DNA of 64,000 nucleotides, from positions 5,146,001 through 5,210,000 of the forward strand of contig JANJGN010000022.1 in the NCBI GenBank assembly GCA_026770705.1. Direction: 5' to 3'. Of this stretch, positions 23,691 through 37,100 are shown piece by piece. The position numbers were made by a program, and so were the translations under genes. This DNA comes from Isurus oxyrinchus. Its lineage: Eukaryota. The notes under the pieces are model-generated. The model was not told where the DNA came from. It saw only the letters and a list, made by a program, of their open reading frames with translations, and made no database searches. The stretch's first letter is position 1. Each line of letters opens with the position of its first letter.

Positions 23691-23895
23691 ATGACGGTGA
23701 AATGGACAAGGATGATGACAAATTTGTGCTTGCCACTGAAATGAGTGACCTAGCACCATCTGAGCACACAAATGACGCTGTCATCTTAAATGGTGCTCCA
23801 CCCGATTCTGCTGATTTAACAAGTAGCGAGGGATGTTCAGCTGATGCACCTAATGAGGAGGAGAACCCGTGCAGGGCAATCATCGAGAATATCAG
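23691..23895 (+). CDS. NOV-like gene, exon 11 (acidic linker)
   Basis: tctcag|AT...AG|gtctgt, phase 1-2; DGEMDKDDDKFVLA...CRAIIENIR. Confidence 0.85.
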
Positions 23896-25389
23896 GTCTG
23901 TATGTGTGTCTGATGACACCAAAGGCAAAATCAGTGCTGATCCTGAAGTGGGATTTAAGATAACCATTGTGGGGGGGGTGCAGGGTGGGGGCATTGCTGT
24001 GGGTGGGAGCTGGTCTAGAAAGAGAATGTGACAGATGGAACGCATTCCAAGTGGCATCAAAGATCAGCTGATAAACAGGGATTCCAATTCCTGGTCCCTT
24101 TGTTGCCACAGCAATGATAATGGAGCCAGACTTGGTGGTAGAAGTCAAATGGGGAATTGAGGAGATATCAAAGAAAGTAGATTTAAGACATTCCTAAATG
24201 TGCATTTTCAGACACAGACAGCTTTCTTGGCTCCTTCCTCATCATTCTCAGCATTTGTTGAAATAACTAAAGCCGAGAAATGACATGACACCGATTCTGT
24301 GCCCTCACTCCCGCACCCCCCTCCCCCCACGCCCCCACCTTTTAGTGTGAGGTTCCCTTTCGGCTGTGTGCTTGTCTACTTTGTAGAGACAAACTTCCGT
24401 CTCTAAAATAAACAGCAGAAAGAAAAGATTTGTAGGATTGAAAACCGGTTAACCAGTTGGAACACAGTGGGGATAGTCTCTGTGTTTTAATGGTATCAGA
24501 ATGGCTGCCTCTCACAGTTTTTACTTTTAATTGAAGTCAATGGAAATTAAAAATCAGGAGTGATGTGCTACGGACAGCTGATCCAATTTTGGCCATTTGA
24601 TATTATTTCCAAAAGTTGGAATCACCCCTCTTTTCCCCTCTTCCCCTCCCCCCCAACTCCTCCAACATGTTTAATAATGAACAGCGGCTGTGGTACAAGT
24701 TAGAACAATGCGTCACTTTGACTTCTACCTACTTCTCTCCTGCAGAACTTCCTGATTATCACCTCACGTTCCCAACTCCCCAATCTTTTCCAGCACCTAT
24801 CCCCTCCCCAAAACTCCAGACTAGGTGCAGCCACAGCCCAGCCTCTCTCAGATCATTGCACAGGCGTATCACACAACTGCTCTGAATTCTGAGCGATGTA
24901 TTATTCTTTTTCAAGGATCTGTATTCCTTTCAGAATGTCCTTTGGTTCTTAAACAGAAGTTGCTGCGTTCTAGGTGATGGTATTGGTAGTGGGCTGAGAG
25001 TTTAGTGCTGCAGTTGCGACCCTGGGCTTAGAGCTTGAATCTAGAATAGAACAGTTGAAATGACTCCTCTTGTCTGTGATGTAACTGTCCTACATGAAAC
25101 ATGCCGATTCCTAAAGAGCAAAAGCCCACAATGGGGAAAACCATTGACATGAAATTGGTAACTTTTGAGAAGCTGCAAGTCTGGTTGTTTTATTAAATAG
25201 ACATTCTGAGGTTTGGGCCCAGTATAGAGGGAGCATTACCAGGCACCTTTAACACTGGGTGGAGTTGAATTGGTGGGAGGAGGAAGAAGGTATATTTAGG
25301 ATGGATGTATTTGTAATAAGTGACAATTTTGAAGCACTGTCTGAATTACTGATTAATTTTAAATATTTATACATTTTCTATCTGTTTAG

Positions 25390-25537
25390 GAAGAGGGAAT
25401 TTGGCATTGGGATTGAACTAAACGATGAGGGGAAGAAGCTGATGGAAGTTCATCAGAACCGATTAGGCAGGAGCCTTGAGCGCTTGTCCACAGAGTTGTA
25501 CAGTAAAGACACACATTTTGTCTTGGAATTGATACAG
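25390..25537 (+). CDS. NOV-like gene, exon 12 (start of GHKL ATPase)
   Basis: tttag|G...CAG|gtaaag, phase 2-0; EFGIGIEL...RLGRSLERLSTELYSKDTHFVLELIQ. Confidence 0.95.
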
Positions 25538-25654
25538 GTAAAGATGTACCAGTTTTATTTGTCGTTTTCCTCTCCAATCTTTCCAGCACTAATGTTAAAA
25601 CATGTACATGGCTGTAAATAATTAAAACCTCACCTATGTTCAAAGTTACCATCC

Positions 25655-25830
25655 TCCCAACTCCCTCCTCCTCCTCCTCCACAGTTGTCGACGTCTCTCC
25701 CCGACTAACACCCACCCCCCCCCCCCGACCTTTCCCAACTCCCGCATCCTCCACCTCCACAGTTGTCGACGTCTCTCCCCGACTAACACCCACCCCCCCC
25801 CCCCCCCCCCCCCCCAACCACCTTTCCCAA
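25655..25830. repeat. C-rich imperfect tandem duplication (period about 78 bp)
   Basis: ccacagttgtcgacgtctctccccgactaacacccacccccc occurs twice. Confidence 0.9.
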
Positions 25831-26186
25831 CTCCCACATCCTCCCTCCCCCCACAATTCCCACACCCTCCCCTCCCCAACTCCGCCAGCTCCCACAAACC
25901 CATCCCCCTCCCCAAATATTTCTGCAGCCCAGCCTGACTGAGGGTTGCGGATAGGTGACTATCTCTTGGGTTTGTGCCTGTGCTGTCTTGCACAGTGACC
26001 ATCACTGGGACCCTGTAGGGAACAGCCTGAGGCAACTTTTCCAACTCCTTGGAGAATCCCTGAACCTCAAAAAGAAAATTACATTTGTTTTTATTTATAG
26101 TTTTTGTATTTTTTTTTTGGCTTGTACTGTAGGTTTATAACAGGGCAGTGTACATCATGTTAACCGTGTCTCCTCTTTTCTCCTAG

Positions 26187-26364
26187 AATGCCGATGATAA
26201 CAGCTACCCAGCTGCTAATGACACTGTCCCCAGCCTGCTGTTTGTGGTGGAAGGAGACTGCATCATCCTCCTCAATAACGAATGCGGTTTTGAGGAGAAA
26301 AATATCCGAGCAGTTTGTGATGTGGGTTGTAGTACCAAGGGAAAACACGAATATGGCTACATAG
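26187..26364 (+). CDS. NOV-like gene, exon 13 (GHKL N box and G1 box)
   Basis: cctag|AAT...ATAG|gtagga, phase 0-1; hand translation NADDNSYP...LLNNECGFEEKNIRAVCDVGCSTKGKHEYGYIG; absent from the ORF track. Confidence 0.95.
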
Positions 26365-27068
26365 GTAGGAGCTGGTGGAATGTTTGTCGGGAGCCCTGAT
26401 TTAATGTTTGGCAGATAGTTTGGTCTGTAATTGGGAATGAGTATTAGAGAATGAAGCACCACAGGCGCGGCTAATGAAACTGTGTCAATCAGAACGCTTA
26501 AAATGGAATTTGATAAACACTAAATAAAAATTAAGATACAGAGAAATATCGTGGAATTGCCCTCATCAACAAGGAACAAGCAGAAACATTGTACTGACAT
26601 TGCTATAATCTATAAACGATGAGCATCTGTTAAATGACTAACAGGAGTTAATCAATTCAAGTTCCACTGCTCCTTGGTCCCCAAGTCCTAAATCATTCCA
26701 TCTCTTCCCCCCGCCCCCCCTCCCCCCAAACTTTCTCTGCGCCCAGTGCATTGACTGGTATCACTTTACAGATTGCTGACCTGTTTCTTTATATTCAGCA
26801 TTTTGTAGGAATGGTTGTGTTCAGTTTCAGAGTTTCCACTTTGCCCTCCTAAGTAAATAGAAAATAAATATGGAATATTTGCGCTGTGTTTAACTGCAAT
26901 AAATGGTAGTTGCATATATGTAATTTGCTTGGGTTATTTCACTCTATCTACAGCAAAGTTAGCCTTAATCATGTATTGTTACAGGCCAACTATATTTGTT
27001 TACACTGCAGCGCTCACCTCAGTTAAAATGATCCACGAACAGGTTCATGCTTTTATTCTTTTCTGCAG

Positions 27069-27246
27069 GTCAGAAAGGTATCGGATTTAAGTCCGTTTTC
27101 AAAATCACAGACACTCCCGAGATTCACTCTAATGGTTTTCACATCTGCTTTGACAAGCACAGTGGTCCAATGGGTTACATCCTCCCTCACTGGGCTGCTG
27201 ATGAGAGGCCTGTAAACTTAATGGGGTCAGAAGCAGAGAAAACAAG
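27069..27246 (+). CDS. NOV-like gene, exon 14 (GHKL glycine-rich lid)
   Basis: ctgcag|GT...AG|gtaata, phase 1-2; QKGIGFKSVFKITDTPEIHSNGFHICFD...GYILPHW. Confidence 0.95.
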
Positions 27247-28301
27247 GTAATATTTAGTTCTTGGGATCCAGCAATCAGTTGTGTGTGTGTTTTTTTAAGC
27301 TTTTTTACTTAAATAATGACTTCTAGCAGTAACGTCAGGGATTTGGAGACAGTGGGTGGAGAAGAGTGCGAAGCAATTTAATCTTTCAATATTAACCATA
27401 ATTGGTCAGGAATCCAAGGTGTTAGCTTCTGCACTCTGTTTATGAAGAGAAATGAAGATAAGCTGAGATAGGCAAATAAATGATGGCAGCATGTTGCTAC
27501 TCGTTGGAGAGCAAGCTAATGAGCAATGTTCCGGGAAAGGAGGTGCTCAGGTCTGAGGTACCTAATGAGGTACCAGATGATGGACTCAGGCAGGTACAGA
27601 GCTGAAAGCCAGAGCGAGGAGGGAAATGCTGAAGGAAGAGAGATTGAAAAGGATACAGCAATTGAGGGTATTGCTGTAATGAGTTTGCAGGCTGTTTGGA
27701 AAATGGGTATCCTACCCAAGAGTGATACAGCTCAGTGCAAAGTATTCCAAATCTTAAACCAAAAGAAAAGACTTGGATTTGTGTAGCACCTATCATGTCC
27801 CAAAGCGCTTTACAGCCAATGAATTAGTTTTTCAGGGAAATATCTGTCCCAATGGCAGCCAACTTGCATTCAATAGCTTCCCACCAAAATAAATGACCAG
27901 ATCATCTATTAGGTGTTTTGAGGGATAAACATTGGCCCAAAACTGAGTGTCAGACTAGGAGACCAGAATACTGTTCTCTGAGGTAGTAAGAGATGCTTTT
28001 GTATCCTCTGCACCAAGCAACTGAGATTGGGAACGTTCAGTTGCACAATTTTGGGAAGGTACTAATCAGAAGCTAGTTGGTTCCTGAGTTGGGAGGTGCA
28101 CAGGATGGGGTAGGTAGCAGGGAGACAGGGAAAAAGTTTCCACTTGTGTAATTCCACATGCCAGAGGCCTGGAACTGTCAGCTTGACTCCTTCCCTTCTT
28201 AGCTACGGAGATTAGCCGGGTTGGGGGAATGCTTGTCCACTGATGCACTGAAGAGTTTTCTGGATTCATTAACATTTTTATGCACAATTCTAATTTCTCA
28301 G

Positions 28302-28428
28302 ATGGACGACAAAGATAGTCCTGCCACTAAAGGCACAGAACCAGCAGGCACAGAATCTGTTCCATGACATTGACCCATCATTGCTGCTTTTTCTGCACAG
28401 GCTTCGTTCCATTACAATCATTAACAAG
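28302..28428 (+). CDS. NOV-like gene, exon 15
   Basis: tctcag|A...AAG|gtgagc, phase 2-0; WTTKIVLPLK...FHDIDPSLLLFLHRLRSITIINK. Confidence 0.93.
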
Positions 28429-30454
28429 GTGAGCTGTATGATCCCACCACGAAATTTAATGGTGAATGTAAATTTGGGACTGAAGATAGCTCTGAAGATA
28501 GAGGCAATTCCTTTGTTTTATTCAGTTGAGGTTCTCAGGAAAAGTTTTAAAGAGGAGCTTGGTGCAGGTGAAGGTTTGTTGTGGGTGTTTTTTTTGGGTT
28601 CAGTCACGTTTTCACTCTCTTAGGCAGTCTGAACACCTTCCACTTATGTGAATTGACTTGCATGGTATAAATCCTCAAAAGCAAGTGAAATAACACTTCA
28701 GAGAGAAACATGCAAACAATACGGGAACATTAGGAGTGGATGGAGGTCATTCAGCCCTGCAAGTATGTCCAAACATGTTGGCTGATCTGTAAACTCCATT
28801 TATTTGCCTTTGCTCCATATCCTTTGATACTCTTGCTTCATTTAAAAAAAACTATTGATTTCAATCTCGAAAGCTCCCATTCTCACAGCATCCACAGACT
28901 TTGGTTGGGAGAAAATTTCAGATTCCATTTTCTGTATCATCTTTCAAGATCTCCAGATTTCCCGAAGCCATTACAGACAATGAAGTCATTTTGAAGTGTT
29001 GCCTCGGTTCTGTTAAATGGTGGACCATGTTTTCAAATCCTGCCGTGGTCTTACCCCTCTCTAACTTCCTCCAGTCATAAAAATGTTCACTACCTCCCCC
29101 AGCCTCACACATACCCCCTCTAACCACCCCACTATTGGCAGATGTATCTTAACTACCTCGGCCCTGCACGTTGTAATTCCTCCCTGAGCCTCTCAGCTTT
29201 TCTACCTTCAGCTCCTGAAAACCTGCCTCTTTGACTGAGCTTTTGGTCAGCTTTGTATTTATTTTTCTTTGACTTCACCTCAATGAAGCGCCTTGAGATA
29301 GTTTTCTGAATTTAGGGCACTATTTCTCTGCACGTTCTTGTAGTTGCAGCCACAGTGGACCTTGAACCTTCTCCCACCGCTGATAATAAGGGACAAATGG
29401 CAGCATTTGTTTCCAAGCAGAAATACATTTCAACACCATGTGCCCCCCATGCAATAAAGAACCTTTGGGCACACAAGATTTGTTTTGTTGGCTCTGTTTA
29501 ACCTGTCTGTAAACTGACAAACCAGCAATAAAACTTCTTTCTTGGAACCAGTGAAGTGAACATGGTTCGGAAGCCTGCACTTTCCCAGCCTCTACAAACT
29601 GATTTATAAAGAGGGTGGTTCTGCTCTGACGTAGGACTGTCCACAAAACCACTTCACTTATTTCAACACTATACTATAGCTTAATTTACTTCCTGTTTGT
29701 TTAGTACAAGGAAGTGATTTTAGAGAAAGACTTGTCATTTGGATGGGTGAGCAGTGATTTCAAAATAATCTCAGACAGCTTGCATGACCAAAGTAAAATC
29801 CTGTTGAAAGTGGGCTTGATTGTCTTTTTTCTGCAGCTCCTGGCTCTTCTCTGTTGCAGGGCCTCACGTGTTGAAACCCTTTAGTTATTGTGACTGATCA
29901 GGTTCTGTTAGCAGTTGCACAACACACAACCCTTCAGTTTGTTTGGTCATGGCTGAATAGGTCATGTGGTGATGATTTGGCCTAATTATGTTTGGAGTCG
30001 TGGTGCAATTTCAAAGCTGACTCCTGCTGAAAGTTTTTCTCGAGGTTCTTTTCCTCTGGAGTTTGCAATGACGAGAAATTGTATATTGTGCATCTGGAAG
30101 GGCTCGTTTTGTGTTAATGATACTTACTGTACACGTTAATATTGCAAAAATTAAGAAGTGTTTACAGCCCTTGGGTGAAAGATACTGAATGTGATTCTCA
30201 TTAAAACAAACTTTCTTTGCGATGCTCCACCTGGTGGTCATATTTTTGTGGTCATTGTTTTGAGAATTGAGCAGGACTTCCAGCCACTGCTTACGATTCA
30301 ACTTATTGATTCAAAACTGATGTTTCATCTTTGCCTTTTTCGAAATTCTTTTTGTGTCATTTAAGCCTCAGTTTGCTGAATAATGAGCATATTAAACCAT
30401 CCTTCCCTCGTACACAAACAGAAAATCAGTACTTTATACAGCTGCCCCCTCGAT

Positions 30455-32300
30455 ATAAGAACATAAGAAATAGGAGCAGGAGTAGGCCATTCAGCCCCTC
30501 CAAGCCTACTCCACCAGTCAATAAGAATATGGCTGATCTGATCGTAGCTTCAATTGCACTACCCTGCCTGTTCCCCATAACCCTTGACACCCATAATAGT
30601 TCAAGAATCTGTCTATCATAGCCTTGAACATGTTCTCAGCCTCCACTGCTCACTGGGTTAGAGAATTCTAAAGATTCACAACCCTCTGAGAGAAGAAATT
30701 TCTCCTCATCTCCATTTTAAATGGGCAACTCTTTTATTCTGAAACCTTGTCCTCAGTTCTAGATATCCTCCACATGGGAACATCCCCTTAGAAACTTGTG
30801 TTTCAATAAAATCTCCCCTCATTTCTCGAAACTGCTGAGAGTATAGGCACAACCGCTTCAACTGTTCCTCATAAGACAGCCATTTCATTTCAGGCAGCAA
30901 CCTAGTGAACCTTCTCTGAACTGCCTCCAATGCATGTATATTCATCCTTAAATAAAGAGACCAAAACTGGATGTAGCACTCTGGGTGCAGTCTCACCAAT
31001 GCCCTGTACGGGTGTAGTAAGTATCCTCACTTTTATACACCATGCCCCTTGCAATAAAGGTCAACTTTCCATTCGTCATCTTAATTATTTACTGCGCTGT
31101 TTTGTTTCACGCACACCCAGATCCCTCTGTACCACCGCATCCCATAGTCTCTTTATTTAAATCATATTCTACATTTCTATTCTTCCTCACAAATTGGATA
31201 ACCTCACATTTTCCCACCTTATATTCCTCTACCAACTTTTTGCCCATTCACTTAACTCAACCATATCCCTCTGCAGACTCTGTGCCCACCTCACTATTTG
31301 TTTTCCCACCTATCTCAGGAAATTTAGCTCCACCAAGGCATTAATATTGGTCATTAATAGTTGAGGCTCAAACACTGATCCCTGCAGCACCCCACTAGTT
31401 ACAGTTTGCTAACCTGAAAATGACCCATCAACCCTGACTCTTTCCTGTTAGCTAGCCAATTCTGTACCCATACATTAATGTACTAACCCCCAACACCATG
31501 AGCTTTAAAATGTCTTTTAGAAATCCAAGTTCTCAACATCTACTGGTTCCCCTTTGCCCACTCTGCTTGTTACATCCTCAAAGAACCCTAATACATTTGT
31601 CAATCATGATTCCCCTTTCATAGAACCATGCTGAATCTGCGTGATTTGTATTATGATTTTCTAAATGTCCTGTTATTACTTCCTTAATAATGGATTTCAA
31701 CACATTCTCAGAGACAGATGTTAGGCTAACTGACCTATAGCTTCCTGTTTTCTGTCTCCCCCTTGAACAAAGTGTTATATTTGTGGTTTTCCAATCTGCT
31801 GGGACCTCTCCAGATTCTAAAGAATTTGGAACCAGTGTATCCTTTTATCTCTGCAGCTGCTTTGTTTGAGGATGCAGTCCGTCAGATCCGAGGGGCTTGT
31901 CGGCCTCTAATGCCATTAGTTTGCTGAGTACTTTTTCTCCAGTGTTAATTGTTTCAATTCCTCCTCCCTTTTGTGGTTTGATATCTTGCTATACATGGGA
32001 TGCCTTTAGTGTCTTCTGCCATGAAGCGATCGAAAATATTTGTTCAAATTCTCTGCCTTTTCCTTGTTTCTCATTAGTAATTCCCCGGTCTCAGCCTCTA
32101 AGGGACCAATGTCTACTTTAGCTTCTCTCTACTTGTAGAAGCTCACACTGTCTATTTTTATTTCTTGCTCGTTTACTCTCATAATCTGTTTCTTTTTTTT
32201 CGTTAGTTGTCACTTGCTGATTTCCATAGCTTTCCCAATCTTCTGGCCTGCCACTAATCTTTGCAGCATTATATGTCTTTTCTTTCAATTTGATAGAATC
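30455..32300 (-). mobile_element. CR1 LINE, about 1.8 kb degenerate 3' part
   Basis: Minus-strand ORF RLHPECYIQFWSLYL...ALEAVQRRFTRLLPEMKWLSYEEQLKRL...MRGDFIET (CR1 ORF2 C-terminus); tail aagaacataagaaataggagcaggagtaggccatt. Confidence 0.88.
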
Positions 32301-32420
32301 TTAATGGAATAACAAGTTCTGTTGATACACAAGGAAAATGATCAGGCTTTTAACATCGACCTTGTTGGGAAAAAAAAAGTTGTTTTTTTTTTTAAAATAA
32401 AAACCATCTTTCCTAAACAG

Positions 32421-32540
32421 GTAAAAGGCCAGGATTTCATGGTGGCTCGTCAAGATCTCAGTAATAACATACTGGAGGTGAAACACAAGGATGGAGCTGA
32501 CCATTGGCTGGTGATCAAGAAAACCCTTAATGCAAGAAAG
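32421..32540 (+). CDS. NOV-like gene, exon 16
   Basis: aaacag|GTA...AAG|gtaagt, phase 0-0; VKGQDFMVARQDL...HWLVIKKTLNARK. Confidence 0.9.
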
Positions 32541-33438
32541 GTAAGTTATTCTCAGTCATCCTGCGCAAGCTGCCCTGTCACTTGTACACGGGGAGAGCTG
32601 TTTATAAAGAATTGACCCTCTTCATGGTGAGGATTACACTCACCATGTAACAATATTTCCCTGCATTTTATTGAGGTGGGCTACAATCCCCACCACTTAG
32701 ATGGCCCATACTTATCACAGGTAGCCATACATATCTGGAAAATGGCCCAAACTGTTCCCCATTACCACGAAAGTCATTTAGAAAGGTGCTGTTTATAACA
32801 TTTAAGCGTACCAATGATTTTAGGCAGTCCAATCAGTTGTTATCCATTTAAAAAGCTCTGATTTTAGCCAAGAACAGAGGGGTGGAATTTTACGAGCCTA
32901 TTTCGGTGGGGCAGAGCCGTAAACTAGCGCACCTTAAAAAAACTCGATTGACTTTGGTGGGACTCTAAAATTCGGCCTAAGGTCTTAAGCTGTTTCTATC
33001 AGCTGTTTGGACCAGACTAAAGTGTTATTAGCCTGATGTTGAGATTCTGTTAACAATTAACAGAGGCAGTTGTTTCGTGGAGATTTCCTGATTTTAAAAA
33101 ATGTGTTGGCTCCTTAGCCTTTTGGTTTGACTGACCTGCGTCCTCAGATCTCAGTTTTGTTGCCTGGGGACACTGAGCTGGGGGCCAGGCTTTTCCCCCA
33201 CTGGGAAGAGGGGAGGACGTTGGAGGTTTGGTAACAGACCCTCCATCCGGCCAACTAAGGTCAAAACTGGGAAGCACCTGAATTTTGCAAGCTATGGCTT
33301 CTAGAGTAACGGAGCCTGCTTCAAGCTTAGAAACACACAACTGCAGAAGCAGAGTGTGCTGCTCGCAGAATCCTTTGTTTGAAGCGATTTTAAAGTAAGA
33401 CGCGTGGTTTTTTTGAACTGAATTCTGTACGTTTGTAG

Positions 33439-33589
33439 ATTAAAGACGATGTGGAATTCACCGAGTTAGCTCTTGCCTTCAAACTTAACGCTTTAAAGAA
33501 GAGCTTGGGTTTGAGATGCCTTCCAGAGAAACAGCCTGTGTTTGCCTTTTTGCCAGTGAGGAGTTTTGGCTTTCGCTTCATAATACAAG
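33439..33589 (+). CDS. NOV-like gene, exon 17
   Basis: ttgtag|ATT...CAAG|gtatct, phase 0-1; TELALAF...QPVFAFLPVRSFGFRFIIQG. Confidence 0.93.
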
Positions 33590-35204
33590 GTATCTGGTTT
33601 GTTTCTTTTTTAGTTTTAACGCTGCTACAAGGTTTATGTGCCAAAGTTGTCCCTAGTTCTCATGAAGTGTGCAGTAATGTGGCAGAGAATTATAGAACAA
33701 ATTCACTGATGTTGCACTCAAAGGGAGCGCAAGATGTGGAAAAATCTTTAGTGCTGCAGCCCTGTTTCTGATCTTCGTCCCTTTCGGACTCAGCTCCTTG
33801 TCAGGAATGAAGGTTCGGTGAATTTTGCCGATACGTCAAGTCTCGAACTGGCTCGTACGAATCTTTATTTGAATTCTACCATAGGACTATTTTACAGGAA
33901 GAGTAGATCATAATCCTGTAATCTGTCTCCAGGGAACACAGTCGAGAAATCCAGACAGGTTGCAGTGGACTTTCCACTTTGGCTTGTAAAGAACCAATTA
34001 ATTTTTTGCACATGAAATCCTTTTCACGTTTTGGGGATGCCCTGAGGTGATTTACAACCAGTGAATCCCTTTTGAGATACCATCACTGTCACAATCTGTT
34101 TTGGTAGAGAGGAACTTTAGCCTTAGGAATTCCCTGCTGCTTTCCGAACATGTTGTGAGATCTTCTATATGCAGCTGCTCAGTTTAACATCTCATCAAAA
34201 GTTGGAGTCTTTGATAATGCAGCACTCCTGCAGTAGTGCACTGAAGGCCCAGCCTAGACTGTGTTCAGGTCTTAAGAGTGAGACCTGAACCCATGACCTG
34301 ACTCTGTTCTGCCCACTGAGCCAATCTTTTCCTGGTGGTGATGTAGGAAACAGCAGCAGAAAAGAGAAGATAACAAACCATTTGCTCCTGCGGTCACTCG
34401 ATTCCAGTATGGGATTTTCTTCTCTTCTGTACATAGTAAATGATTCAATGCGCAGATTTCATGTGTTAATTGTAACTGTATTGATAAGACCTTTAAGAGT
34501 CATTTATAATTGTCAGTTTTCCAATATTGCAAAGAAACCTCTCGAAAGAGTAATCGTTCTGGATAATCAAAGTCTGCAAAGAGCTGTAATTTCCCCGGAA
34601 CCGAGGACCTTCAAAAACTCATCATAAATCACTGATTACTTAAACAACTCCACGAGCGTCCGTTTTTTTCTTATCCTGAATCCAAGTATCTGAACCAAAA
34701 CCGCTTTTACATGCTAAGCACAAAATCCTTATTATTCCAAATTAGACTTGGGAGTTTGTCCAGTTTTTGTTTAAAGTGTCACGGGCAAGGGGGCAGTTTA
34801 ATTTAAGCATCCCTGATTTCTCCTCTCACCACCCGTCCGTAAACGGAAAGGTGTTTTGACTTTTATTTCCCCCTGTATAAGCGGTGGGGTATTTTCCGAT
34901 TTTGATTAATAACTCTGCAACAAACTCGAGATAGGGGAAAAGCAGAGGGTTCGTTTATTTTACACACACTCGGAACACGGGGAGAGGATTCGCAATGTCT
35001 CCCTGTTTTTTTGAGTTGCTACGGTAAAAAGGGGGTACCGGAAAGAAAGGGGTCCAGAGCAGAGACCACAGAGAAAATAAGAATTGTTGTTTCACCTGAG
35101 TCCAGCCTCAAAAGTGCGATTGTGTGTGCCTTCACAGCGGTCAGCAGGCTGAAACTCAGGCTGGATAATCCACTTTTCCAGTAGAGGTGACTTCCACAAT
35201 GAAA

Positions 35205-35886
35205 TGGGGGAGAATTTTCTCCACGTCTGTCGGGCGGGCGCGCAGCTGATTGTTGCGCGCAGTCAGCTCGTGCCGCCATTTTACGGTGGGTGGGCCAATT
35301 AAGGCCCGCCCAGCGTGACGCGCACCCAGAAGCACTGAGCGGGGTCCCTGTGCGAGTTGGGGAGGGAGAGTCGGGGCCTGCGAGGAACGCAGAAATCTAC
35401 CTGAGGCACGGAGCTGTCTCGGACATCACTTCGGTTATGAAGAATTGAAATAAAGAAAATTATTCAGACATGTTCCCCCACCCCCGCCACACAATGTGAC
35501 AGTGTCACATGAGCTGGGACGTGTCAATGAATTTCAATAAAAAATTTTTATTAGCTTTCAAAACCCTTCATGAAACCTCATTCCCGCCCGTGGATGAGGT
35601 TTCATGAGAAATGCGAAGGCCGCCTGGGCTCTTCGCCTGCCCCCCCCCCGCCAGCCTTAAGGTTGGACGGGCAGCTCGGACAATCAGCTTAATTAGATTA
35701 TTAGCGGCCTCACTAGACCTTTGCCAGCTTGGCGGGCACGCAGCCGACTCTGGTGTGCGCCCGCCAAACTGGAGATTGGAACGAAGCGCACCGACGTCGG
35801 GACGCACGCCCGACATCACCGCACGTCGTTTTACACATCGGCGACCGAGGCCTGGCCCCCGCACGCCAACCAGAAGATTCAGGCCG
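35205..35886. mobile_element. CpG-rich non-autonomous TIR element
   Basis: Starts gggggagaattttc and ends gaagattcaggcc; related to 878-1316. Confidence 0.6.
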
Positions 35887-36366
35887 TGGGCACACACAGG
35901 CAAAGTAGTCTTGTCGCCACTGGTACAGAGGCTCAGGGCTTCCTGTAGAAACAGTGTAGATGGGGCCAGGCTTTCACCTGGACCCAGCCCTTGTTCTGCG
36001 CTGCTAAAATATATTTAATAACAATATGGGGTGAGCCCTTAGCCCCTTGACAAAAGCTAACGTGAGTAGAGGCGAACATTGCAAGTAGCTCCACACTGTT
36101 CTCCAAAGTGGAGAAATCCAAACCACTCCATTAAGTGTTGGCCTGCCATGTGCCCAGCAAGTTAGCTGTAGTGTGATGTGGGGGTCTAGTGTTAGTGAGG
36201 AGAGAAAATAAGCAACCAGTGGTTTCAGACTGGAGAAGTGTAGTGTGACTAGCTCTTCCAGATTTCTTTTGCTTGGAATTGTAAGTGGTTTTTTTTTTCA
36301 TTTCCGTTTTTTGCAATGGACGATTAAGTTTAATTCAGCGCCTTCTTTTCTCTCGCTTCACATCAG

Positions 36367-36479
36367 GTGACTTTGATATCCCTTCCTCTCGTGAAGATAT
36401 TGACCGTGACAGTCCATGGAATCAGTGGCTACGTTCCGAAATCCCCCAGTTGTTTCTGAAAGCGATGGAGACGTTCAAT
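36367..36479 (+). CDS. NOV-like gene, exon 18
   Basis: catcag|GT...AAT|gtaatt, phase 1-0; DFDIPSSREDIDRDSPWNQWLRSEIPQLF. Confidence 0.93.
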
Positions 36480-36679
36480 GTAATTCCACAGTTCTTTTCT
36501 TTTCAAGTAAAGTAGTATCGACACCTTAAAAAGTTGCTGAAATTGGGAATCAGCCACGTAGCTGTTAAAAGAAAGATACTAAGTTAGAATCAAACCAAAA
36601 CTGATGCTGGACTCTGCCACCTATCAGTGCAGTATCGGCCTAGTTTTTGCATTTCTAAAAGCCACTGTAGAATGAAAAG

Positions 36680-37100
36680 AAATCTTGTATTTGTATTTCA
36701 CTCGTCATAATTCTAAGGCTTTGAAAGTTATTCCTAACCAATGATGTTTTCTTTGGAAGTTGGCAGTGTGCAGGTTCGCAGCCAGGAGGTAATAACCAGA
36801 TAATCTTGTTTTAGTGATGTTGGTTGAGGGATAAATATTGGCCAGGAGGCTGGGAGAGCTTCCCTGCTTTTCTTCAAAACATTGCCATGGGAACTTTTCT
36901 CATTCGTCCATCCATCCACCCAGGAGTGTGCAGACTGGACCTCGGTTTATATTCCCCTCTGAAAGACAGCATTTTCGACAGCGCGGCACTCCCTCGATAC
37001 TGCGCGGAAGTATCAATCTGTGATTTGTGCTCAAGTTTCCAGAGTGTTGCTGGCCCATTGACCCTGTGACCCAAAGGCGTGAGTCCTATCGATTAGTCAG
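36680..37100 (-). mobile_element. Deu-domain SINE (SacSINE1/AmnSINE1-like)
   Basis: ggttgagggataaatattggccagga...gccatggga...cctcggttt...gaaagacagca is the reverse complement of the Deu core. Confidence 0.75.

Noticed and set aside
35205-35886. CpG-island promoter
   Set aside because: The CpG-rich stretch is bounded by TIR-like ends and resembles another repeat copy at 878-1316, so it is transposon-derived.
25390-36479. Calling the gene SACS (sacsin), HSP90 or MORC
   Set aside because: There is only one ATPase module in more than 2,000 residues, encoded by many small exons, and the flanking motifs fit the NOV-like family; sacsin has three modules largely in one giant exon.
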